The position numbers and the translations under genes were made by a program. Below are positions 40,772-44,197 of a stretch of DNA of 44,197 nucleotides, one piece after another (the first letter of the stretch is position 1; each line of letters starts with the position of its first letter). The notes beneath the pieces are model-generated. The model made no database searches. It had not been told where the DNA came from and worked only from the letters and a program-made list of their open reading frames with translations. Source of the stretch: Blastocystis sp. subtype 4 (Eukaryota); contig NW_014569484.1 in the NCBI RefSeq assembly GCF_000743755.1, forward strand, positions 1 through 44,197, given 5' to 3'.

Positions 40772-41722
40772 AATAGGTCTTCCAAGGAGGCTCAAATGAG
40801 ATCGGAAGGATCCACTTCCAACCCAATGTTGCAATCGCTGAGAGGATCTCTGAATTCTACGATCAATCCTTCTTCTTGATTGTACCCCTTTCAATAGTGA
40901 TTCTCGATATTCAACAACTGATACTAACAAGAAAAGGACACCTAATAACAACCCTAAACCGAACTGAAACACAATTCCATCAGTAACAGAAAAAGAATAG
41001 GAATAAAAAGAAGAGTCAAAGCATACCTGATAACGCCTTGCATCTACGATATAGACCAAAGCAGCTATAAATCCTAAAAGCATATAGAGAGATGTATAGG
41101 CCAAAAACAAGATGAAATACTAGATTTGAAGAAAGATATTTATTCTACTCGTAAGTTACCAAAGCCAATGCAGTTATTAAGCCAAACACAATGATGATCA
41201 TACTACAAATGTAAAACGATCAATTCAACTACTTCAACAATACATTCCTCACAACTATCACAGTGCTTACTATTGATATGGACGTTTCGATTGCACTTTG
41301 GACAAAACCGATAGTGATTAGATAGTAAGGATTTCGATTCGGTGATGTTACGTTCATACAACTAATGGTGTATTCAATTCTAAGCAAGTACGGGAGATAC
41401 GGTGACTGCTTTCCAAAAGAAGTACAATGAGCAATAAACCAGAAACAACGTTACAGCAATGATGAAAACTTTCTTTCATAGTCAACGAAAACAACAATAA
41501 TGATACAATTGTAAGATCCCAAGAAATAAGAGCTGGAATCGTTCTGAAAATGGATTGGACACATTGAGATACAAGAAACACTTTAACATCAGAAGAATAC
41601 AAGATTCGCTTACAACAACCAATCACCGAAAGAAACAGATTTCCTTTTCGTTCTCCGAAAAGTCGATCGCTCAATTTATCTACTGCCAATTCTATATCAT
41701 AGCTATCGGAATCAGTTGTCAT
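40772..41722 (-). CDS. DHHC palmitoyl acyltransferase; stop completed by poly(A)
   Basis: Spliced RFCPKCNRNVHINSKHCDSCEECIVE|YDHHCVWLNNCIGFGNLR|YFILFL (DHHC at 41199-41188) plus TM helices. T40772 is in frame before TGTTTTCT. Confidence 0.85.
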
Positions 41723-41792
41723 TCTTATGAAGTCTCTTCATATCATGGGAATCCACTTATCAGTCAACAAACACATTCACTCTACGTATATC

Positions 41793-42515
41793 TTACTTCT
41801 TACCTTTCTTCTTCATGGAAGGCTTCTTCTTCTTTACAATAAGAAGTACAATAACAACAATGACAATGATAATTACAAGAACTAAGAGGGTGATCGACCA
41901 CCACTGCCAGCATCCCCAGAAAGAACTCTGCTTAGTATAGGCAATATTTAAATCTAATGAGAATGTCATCTTGTTTTCAGCGAATACAACAGTTCCCTTC
42001 TGGTTTTGATCAATCAAGGTATACTTTTCCCAAGGGTTTATTCCCAAAATAGTACATTTAACATCCTTGAAACTATACTTCTTTCCTGTCGTAATGGAAG
42101 GATTGCAGGTAATATGATACCTGGTTAAGGGGGTCATGTCAGACACTTTGAACGTGGCTTTCTTAAGTACAGTGTTATAGTCAGCAGAGTCTAAATATGA
42201 ACGATACAGAACAAATATACTCTTATCCGTGGAACCATCTGCCTTCGAAAGAGAATAAGAGTAGTCATTATTCATAAAGGAATCCGAACCACAGTAGTCA
42301 TTCGGATAGTTCTTCACCGACTTCTCAATCTTGCTTACATAACCATCCAGACCACACGAAACAGTATATTTAGTTATTGTACTCCACGATAAAGTAGGAA
42401 GGGTTTCACATGGATTAGAATACACACCACAGTCTACAATTAACTCAGAACCCAAAAACTAACTTGAGCACAGTACGACACTAAATATGGTAGCAATAAC
42501 TATAAACTTGTTCAT
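41793..42515 (-). CDS. Type I membrane protein (signal peptide, Cys-containing ectodomain, C-terminal TM, poly-Lys tail)
   Basis: MNKFIVIATIF exon, ORF 42455-41793 with WWSITLLVLVIIIVIVVIVLLIV-KKKKP, and TGTTTGTT at 41773-41766. Confidence 0.75.
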
Positions 42516-42622
42516 TACAACAAATTAAAATGGTTAAACGGTACAAAAAAGCATGTCGTTGGTGCGTAAGATAGTGAATTTGTGTGTCGGAATAAACGGT
42601 TTCGGAACAATATCACTAATAC

Positions 42623-44197
42623 TTACAGATTCTTGTACTTCATTGTTTCAGTATCAAATCCAGGCATAGGGAATGAAGTAGCAAATTCAGCAACTTCATG
42701 AGCAAGAATAGGGATATCTTTGTTAGACTTCAAAGCAACTTGATAATCCTTCAGTTTCTTTCCAGATACCTTCTGAACATCCAGAGCAATCTTCACAATC
42801 CAAGAATCCAGCAACCTTCTCGAAATCAGCTTCCTTCAGACCACGAGTAGTCAAAGCAGGAGTTCCAATACGAACACCACCAGGAGACTGAGCAGATTTG
42901 TCTCCATGGACAGTATTCTTGTTCAGAGAGATGTTGATCAAATCACACAACTTTTCAATCTTAGAACCAGTCAGACCCAAAGGACGCACATCCCACAGAA
43001 TCAAGTGATTGTCAGTTCCATCAGTACATACAGTGTAACCCTTATCCATCAAAGCCTTTGCCAAAGCCTTTGCATTAGCCTTGATTTGCTTACAATATTG
43101 CTTGAACTCAGGAGTAGCTACTTCCTTCAACTGAGTAGCAATAGCAGCAATCTGATGATCATGAGGACCTCCCTGCAGACCGGGGAACACAGCATCATTG
43201 ATCTTCTTCTCGAAATCACGCTCATCCTTACGATAGAAGATCATTCCAGCACGAGGACCACGAAGTGATTTGTGAGTTGTCGTAGTCACAATATCACAAT
43301 ATTCGAAAGGATTTGCAGCCTCACCTGTTGCTACCAAACCACTAATATGAGCCATATCCATCATCATCATAGCTCCATTAGCATCAGCAATCTTACGAAT
43401 ACGAGCATAATCCCATTCACGAGGATAAGCAGAAGCACCACAAATGATCAATTCAGGCTTATAGACACCAGCCACTTCTTCCAAGAAGTCATAGTCTACT
43501 AGACCAGTCTTAGCATTCACATGATAAGGAAGAGTCTCGAAGAAGATGGAAGATCCAGATAACTTCTTTCGGAGACCAGTCTTAGCATTGAAAGTGTAGT
43601 AACCATGAGTCAAATGACCTCCAGAAGGAAGATCCAGACCCATCATTCGGCTACCAGGACGAAGAAGACCAGTGTAAACAGCAAGGTTAGCAGGAGAACC
43701 AGAATAGGGCTGAACATTCACTCCCCACTTTGAAGGATCCAAATGATAAGCCTCAAGAGCACGCTTCTGACACAACAATTCAATCTGGTCAATGTATTCG
43801 TTTCCTCCATAGTAACGATGAGCAGGATATCCTTCTGAATACTTGTTAGTCAAACAAGATCCCAAACACTCCATAACAGCACGAGAAGTGAAGTTCTAAA
43901 AGTAAGAAGAGAGAAGTAAAGATACTTCAGAAGCAATCATTTCAAGAGATTTCCAAGAACGGTTCTTTTCCTTCTCAATCAAATCGAAGAGTTCAGGATC
44001 TTGCTCAGAAAGAGGAACACGACCAGGCTATAAGTAATTGAATATTGATAATATCTTACAGCAGTTGCAAATCCAGCGCGAATAGATGTCTATGAATAAG
44101 AGAAAGAGAACAAAGAGTGTACGGCAACTCTGGCAACAGAAACGAGTCTATATCATTATCCATAGAATCTAAGTATCATACCTTATAGAACGGGAGG
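42623..44197 (-). CDS. SHMT: Serine hydroxymethyltransferase, organellar type (5' partial; apparent frameshift at about 42797-42800)
   Basis: [46 protein letters not shown] and [13 protein letters not shown]. The C-terminus [14 protein letters not shown] is in another frame. Small presequence-like exons lie upstream. Confidence 0.95.

Noticed and set aside
40749..40879. C-terminal extension of the acyl-CoA synthetase in the ORF track (and similar tails on TACO1, Myb, HMGR and the helical protein)
   Set aside because: These are read-through past the predicted poly(A)-made stop into neighbouring genes and show no family similarity.

Overview
Very gene-dense eukaryotic nuclear DNA with about 27 protein genes, tiny intergenic gaps and many 29-33 nt GT-AG introns. 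It is almost certainly the gut stramenopile Blastocystis, judging from intron size and the TGTTTGTT 3'-processing motif. The ORF track misleads here because genes are spliced and many have no genomic stop codon. In at least 11 genes an in-frame T (or TG) lies exactly 4 nt before a TGTTTGTT-like motif, so polyadenylation would complete UAA/UGA. At convergent gene pairs the two motifs sit back-to-back. Other highlights: a selenocysteine thioredoxin reductase (GC-UGA-G) with a type II SECIS plus an unexplained strong hairpin starting at its stop; two ultra-short AT-AC (U12-type) introns (38 and 41 nt) with the branch site almost at the 3' end; a soluble HMG-CoA reductase with a mitochondrial-type presequence; a ferredoxin with a C-x25-C-x2-C motif; a domesticated-looking MULE transposase; meiotic ZIP4/SPO22; and two unexplained frameshifts (TrxR, SHMT) that look like short-repeat collapses. 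All exon structures were derived by hand with no database searches.
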